From positions 32,001 to 96,000 of the IMG/VR virus record IMGVR_UViG_3300031088_000737: 64,000 bases of DNA; one strand, written 5' to 3'. This DNA comes from a virus. Under the pieces are notes generated by a model that was not told the DNA's origin, did no database searches, and saw only the letters and a program-made list of their open reading frames with translations. Made by a program: the position numbers and the translations under genes. The first letter of the stretch is position 1. Each line of letters opens with the position of its first letter. This document shows positions 32,363 through 43,414 of the stretch, in pieces.

Positions 32363-33361
32363 TTAAATTTTAAGCATAGTGAGTGATATCAGATAACTTT
32401 GAAAAGCTTCTGGTGTTTGAAATTCTCCAATTGTTGGATCTATTTTTAATTTTGTTACATCTTCAACAAAGGATGTAAATATTGGATCATAAAAATCTTG
32501 ATAATTATCAGAAATATATTTTAAAATAACTGTATCCATTTCAGTTTGACTAATTGAATAATTTTTTTGAATATTGACATTGATTATATTGTCCCCCATA
32601 TATTCTAAAATAAATTTCATTTTTTTATCTAGACGTGACTTCATGCCATTATTAAAGGATGCAAATAGAGTATGGTTTTCAAATAAATGGTGGACAGCAT
32701 TAAACATTTTTGAGAGGTTAGCATTATATAGCTCTACTTTTTGTTTAATTTCAGTAGGCAATGTAATAGATGAATTACAAGTCAGTAGATCATTTATAAA
32801 ATGAGCTTCACCCACGTAAACTGGATTCTCTTTAATATGTATGATATTGCTATCATGACTAAACCCATAATCTGTTTTTAAAATTCTTACAAGACCATCA
32901 TGACCACTAGCTACCTTTCTCAATCTGAAATTGCCAAAGATAGGAATGCTCACATCAGTTACAAAATCGTAAGACTCTCCACTTTCCATTGAGCTTCTTA
33001 TAATAATTTTTTCAAAAATGTCTTTAAAATATTTTGTTGAATAAGACGTTTCACTATTTTCAAATCGAGCGGTTGTATAATTGTCTTTTGAATCTATTGT
33101 CAATGAAGTATTATTCAAATTCCCATTTTTTCTCACTCTTAAACCTATAGTTTTGTTTCTACTATCAAAGTAAAAATGAAGGTCAGATGGATGTTGATAG
33201 TTGATTAAGATATAAGTCAAGAGGTTGTCGATAGGTTCAAAGGTTTTAGAATTATAAAAAACGCCATCTTTTTCTATATATTCAAGTGAGCTTAATTCAC
33301 ATCCAAGAAGACTTAAAAATTTAAGGGCGTTGTCTAATTCTTTTGTTTCAAAGTTCAGCAT
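32363..33361 (-). CDS. Hypothetical protein (M-4 family)
   Basis: Ends LISLTMLKI. Confidence 0.75.
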   Translation of the reverse strand: MLNFETKELDNALKFLSLLGCELSSLEYIEKDGVFYNSKTFEPIDNLLTYILINYQHPSDLHFYFDSRNKTIGLRVRKNGNLNNTSLTIDSKDNYTTARFENSETSYSTKYFKDIFEKIIIRSSMESGESYDFVTDVSIPIFGNFRLRKVASGHDGLVRILKTDYGFSHDSNIIHIKENPVYVGEAHFINDLLTCNSSITLPTEIKQKVELYNANLSKMFNAVHHLFENHTLFASFNNGMKSRLDKKMKFILEYMGDNIINVNIQKNYSISQTEMDTVILKYISDNYQDFYDPIFTSFVEDVTKLKIDPTIGEFQTPEAFQSYLISLTMLKI

Positions 33362-33417
33362 GGGTTTTAGTCCTTTTTATATTTTTTAGCAAAAAGACCT
33401 TTTCAAAGGTCTTTTAT

Positions 33418-33606
33418 TTAAACGTAAACGTCTATGCGTTGATGTACTGTATTATTTTGTTCTTGTTCTATCTTATTAGTCTCGTAGACATGCTTTTGGA
33501 TTTCAACGTCTGTGTTCACTTTTCTGTTGATGACATCACGTTCATGAACTACTTTGGTAACGCTGTAAGTGCAATGATTGTTTACATTAAAATTAATAGT
33601 GCTCAT
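33418..33606 (-). CDS. Small hypothetical protein
   Basis: AGGAG SD; followed by hairpin aaaagacc-ttttcaaa-ggtctttt. Confidence 0.6.
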   Translation of the reverse strand: MSTINFNVNNHCTYSVTKVVHERDVINRKVNTDVEIQKHVYETNKIEQEQNNTVHQRIDVYV

Positions 33607-33927
33607 AAGTAAATCTCCTATAGATTTTTTACAATGTGATTATACTCTTTTTCTTGTTTGTTTTCAAGTCTTATTTGATATTTTAATCGAAGCCCCGTAA
33701 AAAAATAAAAAATATATTTTCTTTATTTAATAAGTAAATATTGATTTTTAAATATTTTTAATAATTATTTATTGAACTGTAATTGCAATTTATCATTCAA
33801 ATGATATTCTGTATTAAAATATATTATTCGTTTTTTGAATACAATCATAAATTAGAAATAAAAAATAGTCTTCAATTATTAATATATATGCTAGTATATA
33901 AATAATTTACTAATAAAGGAGTTCACC

Positions 33928-34521
33928 ATGATTAAAAAAATTACTTTATTTGCAGCATTACTAACTTTATCTGGATGTAGCACTTATTATGAAATGAAAA
34001 ATTGTGATCCAGAAAAAAATTACATTAATTCCAATCCAGAGGCATTAGAAAATTATAAAAAAATTGTTGCTGCTGGTGAGGTTAACAGTTATTATTTAAA
34101 AATTATTCCAACTCCATCATGTGAAAATAATAAATGTATATCATATGAAATTAATAAATATGATTTTATAGAAATGTATTTTAATGATAGTTCACGACAA
34201 GGAATTTATACAATTAAATTAAGCACAGATCCTTTGGATAAAAACTGTATTAAAAAGCAGTATAATTCTGATAAAAATTGTTATTCTGTAACAAAAAACC
34301 TTGATAATAAAATTCGTTCCCGTTTTTATTTAGAAGCAAATTTTACAGGAAACTTATTTTATCGAAAATTTGTCGATCTTCAAGAGAATGTTGAATTATT
34401 TACATCATCCTATCAGGTATATCATATACCAACAGCATTAGACAACCCGTCAGGGGGCATCTGTAAAACAAAGAATACACCAGAAGAATACATTTTTGAC
34501 ATTACAAAATATCCAAAATAA
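33928..34521 (+). CDS. Lipoprotein, putative immunity protein for the downstream lipase-RTX (copy 1)
   Basis: Lipobox LSG/C; four further Cys; immunity role inferred from position. Confidence 0.75.
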   Translation: MIKKITLFAALLTLSGCSTYYEMKNCDPEKNYINSNPEALENYKKIVAAGEVNSYYLKIIPTPSCENNKCISYEINKYDFIEMYFNDSSRQGIYTIKLSTDPLDKNCIKKQYNSDKNCYSVTKNLDNKIRSRFYLEANFTGNLFYRKFVDLQENVELFTSSYQVYHIPTALDNPSGGICKTKNTPEEYIFDITKYPK

Positions 34522-34920
34522 AAATAAATAGACCCAAGTTAAATAACTTAATGAGTTTACCATGATTAATAAAATTACTCTACTGACAGTATTATTGGCT
34601 TTATCTGGATGTAGCACTTACTATGAAATGAAAAATTGTGATCCAGAAAAAAATTACATTAATTCCAATCCAGAGGCATTAGAAAATTATAAAAAAATTG
34701 TTGCTGCTGGTGAGGTTAACAGTTATTATTTAAAAATTATTCCAACTCCATCATGTGAAAATAATAAATGTATATCATATGAAATTAATAAATATGATTT
34801 TATAGAAATGTATTTTAATGATAGTTCACGACAAGGAATTTATACAATTAAATTAAGCACAGATCCTTTGGATAAAAACTGTATTAAAAAGCAGTATAAT
34901 TCTGATAAAAATTGTTATTC
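33966..34920 (+). repeat. 321-bp near-identical direct repeat (33966..34286 and 34600..34920)
   Basis: Offset 634; one mismatch seen (TAT/TAC). Confidence 0.85.
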
Positions 34921-35152
34921 AGTTACGAAAAATAATAATGAAATTAAATCAAGATTTTATGTAGAATCAAATTATAATAATCATATTTTTTATAAGAAAT
35001 TTACAGATTTAAAAGAAAACATTGTTTTATTTGAATCTTCATATCAAGTTTATCATATACCCACATCATTAGATATTCCATCAGGTGGAGTATGCCATAT
35101 AAAAAACAATCCAAAAAATTATATTTTTGATATTTACGGATATCCAAAATAA
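34562..35152 (+). CDS. Lipoprotein, putative immunity protein (copy 2)
   Basis: Identical central region to copy 1, divergent C-terminal third. Confidence 0.75.
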   Translation: MINKITLLTVLLALSGCSTYYEMKNCDPEKNYINSNPEALENYKKIVAAGEVNSYYLKIIPTPSCENNKCISYEINKYDFIEMYFNDSSRQGIYTIKLSTDPLDKNCIKKQYNSDKNCYSVTKNNNEIKSRFYVESNYNNHIFYKKFTDLKENIVLFESSYQVYHIPTSLDIPSGGVCHIKNNPKNYIFDIYGYPK

Positions 35153-35178
35153 AAAAAATCAATTAAACTCGGAGTATT

Positions 35179-38100
35179 ATGTCATTAAATTATACAAATC
35201 AATATATTCAATCAATTTTATCATACATAGATTATATCACGTTTGATGGAACAGATGGTAAAGAAATATTGTTAAATAAAAATTATACGAACTTAACAGA
35301 TAAAACTTCCTTTTTAAATAGGGCTAAAGAATATATAGACAATCCAATAACTTATGCAGAAATGGAATCTAGTTTAGAGTTTTTTACATCACATTTTAAG
35401 ATCATTAATCAGGAAACAGCAGACAATTCTAATGGATTTACGGGAACAACTTACCAGTTGATAAGTCCAATTGAGGGATCTACTTATAATGTTGGAGAAA
35501 TTTTTGTATCTTACACTGGGACAGAGGCAGAGTCTGGTGATTATTTTACGGATTTAAAATTAACTTTTTCTGATTCTATTACTTTTACTAGATCATCACA
35601 AGAACCATTAGCTTTAGATTATTTAAAGAGAACATTAAACAACTCAAATGGAAATGTTGTAAATATTTCAGGACATTCGTTAGGTGGTTATTTAGCAGCA
35701 AGAAGTTATTATTATCTTACAACAGAAGAAATAAAAAAAATAGGTGAGGTGACAACTTTTAATGGAGCTGGTTTTTCTGTTTTAGACGGAGGTTTAGACC
35801 CAGTAAAAAGAGCTTTATATGAAGAAAAAATAAACAATATTTTTTCTTACAGGGGGCTGAATGTTACTACAAGCAATATTGGTGAAATTGATATTTCTAA
35901 TGCTTTGAAAGGTTCTTGGACACTTATTTCAACTTTTCAACATTTAGGTCCAAGAATAGGTGTATTTACTGAAAATCCGGGTGGATGGAAAGGAAATCAT
36001 AGCATGTCTATGTTAGTCAACACTATGGGATTTTATTCTATTTTAAGTAAAATAATTACTGATGTTTTCTATGTTGAAGATGATAACGGTGTCGAATATT
36101 TGGGTGATGATGCTGTTGTTTATTGGGTTAATAAGCTGTTGAGTGGTTCGTTTTATGACACTATTGATTTTGGACAAGCTTATAATACATTAGCTTCCAA
36201 AATAATGGAAATGTTTAATATACCAGAAAATGAGAGTTCAAAAGCAGGTTACCCATCAGCTCAATTTCTTTCTTTATTTGATTATTTTACAGAAAATAAT
36301 AATTTAAAAATTAAAATATTTGAAAATGTTCATTCAGAATCACCTGTTATAACTAATTTTGATAACAATAGTAATCGTGCTTATATGTATGCATTATTAA
36401 ATGACTTACCATTTACTGTTATTGTTCCTGAATCTTATAATACAGGGATATACCAAAAAACAAACCAAGATGGTTTTCAATATACATCAAATATAAAATA
36501 TAATGTAGAATATTATAGTGAGGATTATATAAGTCTAAGATCTATTTACAATAAACTATATACAAAGATACTATCTGACAAATTATCAAGTTCTTTAACT
36601 TATAATTTCACTGATGCTACTATTGTTATAGATGGTTTTGATAAATTTGCATTTATTGATGAAATCAATGTATCTGGAAGCCCAAATAATTACAACGTAA
36701 TTTATGTAAATACAACAAAAGATGAATACATTCCTGATAACGTTCCATTGATCTATTTTAAAGCTGACACTGGTCGTTATCTTGATGTAAAACTCGGTAA
36801 TGCTATTATATATGACACACCGGGTAACGACTCTATTAGGATATATTCAGATAATAATATAATCAACTCCACTTATGGCACAGATATTATTGAAATAGTA
36901 AGTGGAACTGTTGGCAATGTGATTATGCTGAAAGATTTAATAGCCACTGATAAAGAGCAATCCTTGATTGTTAGAAATAACAGTCAATTAGAGCACAGTC
37001 TTACTATCAGTGCTGATAATGTTAACATGGGAGATCTGATTGGAAGAATTAGTGATAACAAGGATTTCACATTAGATTTCGGTAATAAGGTTATAATTCT
37101 TTCAGGTAATACTGATTTAAATGTGGGTGGTTCTCAACATTCTTCGGCAGATATCAATGCTTTATTAAAAAACTTCCCTGAATTGTATTCAGTAGCGGCA
37201 GGACATAATTTTGTTTTTAATGAAAAATTTATTGATGATTACATAAAGATCACAGCCAAAAACTTTTCTGGTCAACTTGGATATGAAAACACACAAACAG
37301 TATCGTCAGAACATGCTGCTTATGTAATTGACAAGTTAACACAATATAGCCAAGACATGAATGATTCTTCATCATTATTCATACAAGAAGAAAAAAATAA
37401 ATTGAATAATAAAGTTACAAGTATCTCTTCATCATTAAATGTGAATGGATTACAAGAAGATATCTTAAATATGGTCATCCCATTAATAAAAAACAAAGTT
37501 GAAGCACAGTCAGTTGCTTTTATTCTTCAAAACAAGTTAGATGATTTTAAATATTTAGATCTTAGTCATCAAGTTAATATGGCAACAGAAGATGGCATGG
37601 CTAATAATAGAGCTGATAACATATATGGAAAAAAAGAAACGAAAAATTATATAGCACACTATACTTCTGAAGGTGATAAATATTGGGTATGGGATGGTAA
37701 ATATTATTATAATAGAGCTATTGATGGGGTTCAAGTATCTGCTTTTTATGATAGTGTTGAACGTGGTGAAGTAATGAATTATTATGTAGAGAATATTGTT
37801 TTGAAAAGCAGTTCAACATTTAGCAGTAATGTTCTTTCTGGATCTAATGGGTCGGATCTTTTAATTGGTGAACATGTTTATGGTCAAACAAACGATTTTG
37901 GAGTCGCAGGTGGAAAGACAGTCACAGAAGCAAACACCGTACAAAATGGAAATGATATTTTAATCGGTAAAGTAGCATCAGCATATTCAGGTAATAATTT
38001 TATATATGGTTCAGAAGGTGCCTATGGAGGATCAGGTAATGATTTGATTATTGGTGGTGGGACGATTATGGCAAATCAAAATTATAAAAATGATACAGAA

Positions 38101-41100
38101 AGCACTAATAATGAAAATGAGATAATAATATTATCATTATCAGATGTATATAGTTCTAATGGTAAAAATAATATTATAGATTTAGGCGAGGCAGGCAGCA
38201 ATATATTTGGAACTAGAAATGATACTTTTATTGGTGGTAGTGGACATTCTACATTTATTGGTGGTTATAATGCTTATTTTGCTTTAAGATATGGTGACAT
38301 CTCTTTTGGTTTGGATGGTGAGAATTTCTTAGAAACATTTAGAATGAAATTTAATATTCTTGATGATTTTTATAATTTACATAAAGTTAATCAATCTTTA
38401 GGTAAAAATATTATTTTAGCTGGCTCAGGTGGTGTGTCTGCTTCTCTTGGATATGGTGATTATATAGAGAATATGAAAGGTGGCGGTGGACAAATTATCG
38501 GATTAGGTGGTAATGATATATTTATTAAAGATCATACAGGTATAATATCAGGTGGTTCATCTAATATTAATATAACAGGAAATAATAATACAGTATATTT
38601 TGGAGTCAAAGATCAATATAGTTTATCTAATGCAAATAATAATATTTTGTATAGTAGAGGTTATCGAGATAATATTAATTTGGGTAATGATTACTATCAA
38701 ATTACTGGTATAGATAATACTCTATTATTAGGTAAATCTTCTTATAATATAAAATTAGATGGCGAAAGCACCCAAGTTAAATTTAAAGAAAATAACAATA
38801 ATAACAACATTGTTATAAATGAATCTAAAACTACATCTATTGATGTTGGCTTTCAAAATATCCTGACTATTGAAAGCCAAAATGAAATTTCTTTAAGATA
38901 TGGAAATCTTACTGAGCTTTTAATAAATACCAGATCACCATTAAGCCTTAATAGTATTATATCTGATCGCATTGTGTTACAAAATTATAATGGTATGAAT
39001 AACAGTGATATTTTTGCTTTATATAGTGTTACTGTTGACAACTTAACTGCTAGTAGTGGTATTATAACAGGCAGTGTAACTGATGTGTCAACAGCTAGTT
39101 TTGAAGGGACATTAGGCGGATTTTCTTTAAATGGTTCTGCTCTAGGAGCAAATGTTGAATTGAAAGGTTTTATTGAAGGTGTGAATACTTTATTTAATAA
39201 CGTCAAATCATTTAATTTTCAGCAAACAATTAGAACATACGAGCAAGCTATTATTGAAATTAAAGATTCCAATATTGATAATTATACATCATCAGGGAGC
39301 ACTAGATTTAGTGGACAAAATACAAATATTGATTCATTAACAGTTAGTGGCCTTAAAAACTCAATTTCTGTTGATGGATCTGTCAATTCAGCTATATTAT
39401 CATCAACAAGTGAACTATTTTTTAATGCAAAATCAATTAAGTCATTACAGGCAAGTTCTAATGGAGTAGTTGTCAAAGGTAATAATGTATTAGGTGCAAT
39501 ATCAGTAGGTATGGGCATTTATGGAAATTCTTTAATGGTCGATAATGCTAGTTTTATTGAAGTTTCAAATAGTGGCTATGGTTCAATGTTTTTATCAGTT
39601 ACAAATAGTGATGTCGTTAATATCATTAGTGGCTATTATAACGGAGCTGTTTTTACAAGTGTTAATACTGTAAATATAAATTTAGATAATGTTAATCCAT
39701 TAAGTTCTTTTAATGGCGATAATATACATTTAACATCTACAAAACCATTATCAATTAGATATTCTAACAATAAGTATTATCTTAATAATGTATCATTCAC
39801 TTTTATTCCTGATTCTGTTACTGTATCTGGTCGTCAATATAATTCAGAACAGTTAGCAGTATTATTTGAAGTCTTAAAGAAATCTAACTTAGTTCAAGCT
39901 ACTGCACTAATAGATTCAACTGGGATTGGTTATGACTCGATAGGTGATACTAATAATCAAGGTGTTCATGTTGATAGTGGTATTTACATAGGTACTGATA
40001 GTGATGATATTGTTTATGCTACTGATAATAAGGCTTATCGAATTAAAGCAGGTAAAGGTGATGATTATATTGATTTTGGAACAAAGCCAAGAGATTCTTA
40101 TACTCACATTATAGAGTACAATCGTGGTGATGGTTTAGATACTATTAACAGTAACAGTGAAAATATAGAAATACGATTGGGCAACATCGCATCAAATGAA
40201 TTGTCATTTAAAATGATTGATGATGTAGTTACCAATAATAAAGTCCTTAAAGTTTTTTTAGGAACTGAACAAATATTTACTATCAATGGCTTTCTAATTT
40301 CTAACATAATATTTAAGGCAAGTGATAAAAATATACTAAAAGCTGATATTATTAGTTTAACATCTACTATTTATGGTACTGATAATGGTGAAGTTATTGA
40401 AGGACTAACAACAGATACTTATATTGTTGCTGGAAAGGGTAATGATACTATTAATTTTATAGGAAATAATAAAAATGTTCTCTATTACAGTCGTGGAGAT
40501 GGTGTTGACATTGTTAATTCAGTTAGTAATTTTGAAATAAGATTTTCTGCTGATATTTTAAAGTCCAGCGTTCGATATAGTAAAGTAAGCGAAAATGTAT
40601 ATGACATCTATTTAGATGCAATTAAAATATTAACACTAACGAATACAAATCAATCTAAGTTTATTTTCTCAAATGGTGATGTGGTTGATGGATATTATAT
40701 TAATTCGTATCTGTCTGAACAGTTAGGTGGTAAACCTTTTTATGAAAATGGAATATATACAGGAAGCGACCTTCCCGATTATTATGATTTGTCAGAAGGT
40801 GGTGAATATCATTTAAAAGGTAATAAAGGTAATGATACTTTTAATTTTGGTGGAAATAATGAGCATAGTATCTTAGACTATACCGAAGGTGATGGTGTTG
40901 ATACTTTGGAAGGATATTCTAAAAATGTCGATATTAATTTGATTAACATGTCATCTGAATTTTTAACTTCTATTTATGAAAATGGTTACTTACACTTATA
41001 TTATAAAGGAGTTAAAATCATGAGAATTGATGATGTTGATAAATCAAATATTAATATTCACATGAGTGATAAGTCTTTTACTCAAACAGAAATTTTCATA

Positions 41101-42108
41101 TGGGCTTATGGTGAATCAGAAACTACCCCCACAGATCCAGCAAATACTGATGGCGATGATATTATTACGAATGACCCAACAATAGATAACAATATATATG
41201 CTGGTAAAGGTAATGACATTATTAATTTAACAAGTAATCCAGCTTATCCAAATGTTGTAAATAATATCTATTATTTTGATGGCGATGGACATGAAACAAT
41301 TAATAATGATTCAAATAGCAAATATAAAATTTTGTTAGCTAATACTATTGCAGAAGAAGATGTTTCTTACAACACTGGATTTGTAAATGGTTCTGTAATG
41401 CTTTATATTTCTTATAAAAACGATGTTATTTTCACGATCCCATCTTTCAATTTTAATGATTTCACAATTGATTATTTATCATCAGGAAATTCTATTGATA
41501 TGGATTCATTATCAGAAAATTTGATGATGAATTATGGAACAGATGGTGACGACATTTTAACATCAAATCAAGGAGTTGCTGTATTTTTTGCAGATGATGG
41601 TAACGATATTATTAATGTATCTTCTAACATTATGGCTGCTGATATTTATGCAGGCGGTGGTGATGATACGATAAATATTAATAATTATGGATTTAACAAT
41701 ATTAATTATAATGATGGAGATGGATACGATACTATTATCTTAAATAATCATGATAACACTATGATTTTAAATTTATATGACTATGATGAAGCTTCTATTA
41801 GATTCGAATATGATTTAACAAATCCAAATAATTTAAATATTTATAGTGATGAAACGAAAATTATTACAATTGAAAATTATGTGATTGATGATGTATCATT
41901 CGAGTCTATATCTATTGAGTTAAATGATAACACACTTGAAGGAGCTGATATTAATGCCAAAGCTGTTTCAGGTAGTGAGTCTTCTAAATTATTAGCGGAT
42001 TCCAACATTAATGGTCTTATTAGTTTCATGGCTTCTACACCAGATGATTCAGATACAGCAACCAGTGATACTCAATCGGCATCTAGTTATATAAAAAAGA
42101 ATGAGTAA
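35179..42108 (+). CDS. 2309-aa RTX-repeat protein with N-terminal alpha/beta-hydrolase (lipase) domain
   Basis: ISGHSLGGYLA nucleophile elbow; many GxGxD-type repeats (AGKGDDYI, AGKGNDTI, AGGGDDTI, GDGxDT); C-terminal LISFMAS resembling type I secretion tails. Confidence 0.85.
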   Translation: MSLNYTNQYIQSILSYIDYITFDGTDGKEILLNKNYTNLTDKTSFLNRAKEYIDNPITYAEMESSLEFFTSHFKIINQETADNSNGFTGTTYQLISPIEGSTYNVGEIFVSYTGTEAESGDYFTDLKLTFSDSITFTRSSQEPLALDYLKRTLNNSNGNVVNISGHSLGGYLAARSYYYLTTEEIKKIGEVTTFNGAGFSVLDGGLDPVKRALYEEKINNIFSYRGLNVTTSNIGEIDISNALKGSWTLISTFQHLGPRIGVFTENPGGWKGNHSMSMLVNTMGFYSILSKIITDVFYVEDDNGVEYLGDDAVVYWVNKLLSGSFYDTIDFGQAYNTLASKIMEMFNIPENESSKAGYPSAQFLSLFDYFTENNNLKIKIFENVHSESPVITNFDNNSNRAYMYALLNDLPFTVIVPESYNTGIYQKTNQDGFQYTSNIKYNVEYYSEDYISLRSIYNKLYTKILSDKLSSSLTYNFTDATIVIDGFDKFAFIDEINVSGSPNNYNVIYVNTTKDEYIPDNVPLIYFKADTGRYLDVKLGNAIIYDTPGNDSIRIYSDNNIINSTYGTDIIEIVSGTVGNVIMLKDLIATDKEQSLIVRNNSQLEHSLTISADNVNMGDLIGRISDNKDFTLDFGNKVIILSGNTDLNVGGSQHSSADINALLKNFPELYSVAAGHNFVFNEKFIDDYIKITAKNFSGQLGYENTQTVSSEHAAYVIDKLTQYSQDMNDSSSLFIQEEKNKLNNKVTSISSSLNVNGLQEDILNMVIPLIKNKVEAQSVAFILQNKLDDFKYLDLSHQVNMATEDGMANNRADNIYGKKETKNYIAHYTSEGDKYWVWDGKYYYNRAIDGVQVSAFYDSVERGEVMNYYVENIVLKSSSTFSSNVLSGSNGSDLLIGEHVYGQTNDFGVAGGKTVTEANTVQNGNDILIGKVASAYSGNNFIYGSEGAYGGSGNDLIIGGGTIMANQNYKNDTESTNNENEIIILSLSDVYSSNGKNNIIDLGEAGSNIFGTRNDTFIGGSGHSTFIGGYNAYFALRYGDISFGLDGENFLETFRMKFNILDDFYNLHKVNQSLGKNIILAGSGGVSASLGYGDYIENMKGGGGQIIGLGGNDIFIKDHTGIISGGSSNINITGNNNTVYFGVKDQYSLSNANNNILYSRGYRDNINLGNDYYQITGIDNTLLLGKSSYNIKLDGESTQVKFKENNNNNNIVINESKTTSIDVGFQNILTIESQNEISLRYGNLTELLINTRSPLSLNSIISDRIVLQNYNGMNNSDIFALYSVTVDNLTASSGIITGSVTDVSTASFEGTLGGFSLNGSALGANVELKGFIEGVNTLFNNVKSFNFQQTIRTYEQAIIEIKDSNIDNYTSSGSTRFSGQNTNIDSLTVSGLKNSISVDGSVNSAILSSTSELFFNAKSIKSLQASSNGVVVKGNNVLGAISVGMGIYGNSLMVDNASFIEVSNSGYGSMFLSVTNSDVVNIISGYYNGAVFTSVNTVNINLDNVNPLSSFNGDNIHLTSTKPLSIRYSNNKYYLNNVSFTFIPDSVTVSGRQYNSEQLAVLFEVLKKSNLVQATALIDSTGIGYDSIGDTNNQGVHVDSGIYIGTDSDDIVYATDNKAYRIKAGKGDDYIDFGTKPRDSYTHIIEYNRGDGLDTINSNSENIEIRLGNIASNELSFKMIDDVVTNNKVLKVFLGTEQIFTINGFLISNIIFKASDKNILKADIISLTSTIYGTDNGEVIEGLTTDTYIVAGKGNDTINFIGNNKNVLYYSRGDGVDIVNSVSNFEIRFSADILKSSVRYSKVSENVYDIYLDAIKILTLTNTNQSKFIFSNGDVVDGYYINSYLSEQLGGKPFYENGIYTGSDLPDYYDLSEGGEYHLKGNKGNDTFNFGGNNEHSILDYTEGDGVDTLEGYSKNVDINLINMSSEFLTSIYENGYLHLYYKGVKIMRIDDVDKSNINIHMSDKSFTQTEIFIWAYGESETTPTDPANTDGDDIITNDPTIDNNIYAGKGNDIINLTSNPAYPNVVNNIYYFDGDGHETINNDSNSKYKILLANTIAEEDVSYNTGFVNGSVMLYISYKNDVIFTIPSFNFNDFTIDYLSSGNSIDMDSLSENLMMNYGTDGDDILTSNQGVAVFFADDGNDIINVSSNIMAADIYAGGGDDTININNYGFNNINYNDGDGYDTIILNNHDNTMILNLYDYDEASIRFEYDLTNPNNLNIYSDETKIITIENYVIDDVSFESISIELNDNTLEGADINAKAVSGSESSKLLADSNINGLISFMASTPDDSDTATSDTQSASSYIKKNE

Positions 42109-42125
42109 GTTTTAAACTCTCTCAA

Positions 42126-42151
42126 AGAATCGCTTTCGAGCGATTTTTTTT
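42126..42151 (+). terminator. Intrinsic terminator of the RTX operon
   Basis: aatcgct-ttcg-agcgattttttt. Confidence 0.85.
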
Positions 42152-42213
42152 ATTTCTATTTTTTTAATATCTTAAACATGTTACAATATAATAAATAATT
42201 AACTTAAATAACA

Positions 42214-43401
42214 ATGAAACAAATACTCACTGATACTTTGCTTGGCTACCATGAGACACATCCAATTACATGTCCATTCATCAATCCACTTATCTTTCAA
42301 GGTAAAACATGTACACGAGTATTCGATGTAGCTCTTTATCAAAATCCAAGTGATTTAACCATATATTCATATGATCTCTTCGAAGCGGTTGATAACTTAA
42401 AGAAATGGGTTTCTGATGTGATTGCTAGCTATGAAAACCTTCCTGATGAAGTAAAAGCTCTTAAATCAGATTTAGAAATAGATGTGATGATTGATAATAT
42501 CAAAGAAATGTATCATTTCAACATTGATGTAGATTCACAAGAGCGTTATATCAATCAGATTATAAATCGTTGGGAGGAAGCTCATAATAAATACAATGAT
42601 CTTAATGATAAGATTGAATCGAAATCAAGAGAACTTGATGTTGCCGAATCTATGCTTGATATTGATGTGAATGATGATGACGTTAAGAATTATAGATTGT
42701 CTCAGAAAACAACTACAGCCAATGAATTACTAGCATTGGAAAACGAGTTATTGATTTTACAAAATGAATTTGATGATGATATTTCTGCTCAATTCGAAAT
42801 TGAAACAGAAACCTATTCACAAACATTAGAAACATTAAGAACCAGAAATGATAATATGCGAGTGGAAACTTACGCATTAATTGAATGCTTAACCATTAAT
42901 TTTAAGAATGAACTCAATATTGAACAACCTAATGACTACCTCACAAAAAGATTTGGCATTAAAGACAGTTTAAGTGGTATCAAAACTTTAAACATTGGAT
43001 TGCTTTATAACAACTCTGCGTTCAATGTGAACAGCTTAGATGAATACGAAACAAATGACAATGAATATGGAAAGCAATATTTTCTGAAGTTGGCTGATAA
43101 CTTGTATTCAAGAAATATTTTAACACATGCTGACAAAAGTGAATTCAAAGAAAAAATCAACCCTTTCATGTTATTGAAAGATGCTTATTTCGAAAAATAT
43201 GGTATATCAAAAGCTGAATCAAGAACTCCTGATTTTCAGAAGAAACTGTTATTCGATAAATTGAAAGAGTATGGATATCAAGTGGTCAGATTCTATGAGA
43301 CGATTGATGACTATAAATCAAGTAAGGACAATTTTAAGACACTTGAATTAAAAGATTGGGGAAACACCTTAAAACAGAAGAAAACAATAAAGCCAGTATA
43401 A
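42214..43401 (+). CDS. Coiled-coil hypothetical protein
   Basis: 395-aa acidic ORF with basic tail KQKKTIKPV. Confidence 0.75.
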   Translation: MKQILTDTLLGYHETHPITCPFINPLIFQGKTCTRVFDVALYQNPSDLTIYSYDLFEAVDNLKKWVSDVIASYENLPDEVKALKSDLEIDVMIDNIKEMYHFNIDVDSQERYINQIINRWEEAHNKYNDLNDKIESKSRELDVAESMLDIDVNDDDVKNYRLSQKTTTANELLALENELLILQNEFDDDISAQFEIETETYSQTLETLRTRNDNMRVETYALIECLTINFKNELNIEQPNDYLTKRFGIKDSLSGIKTLNIGLLYNNSAFNVNSLDEYETNDNEYGKQYFLKLADNLYSRNILTHADKSEFKEKINPFMLLKDAYFEKYGISKAESRTPDFQKKLLFDKLKEYGYQVVRFYETIDDYKSSKDNFKTLELKDWGNTLKQKKTIKPV

Positions 43402-43414
43402 ACTGGCTTTTGTT

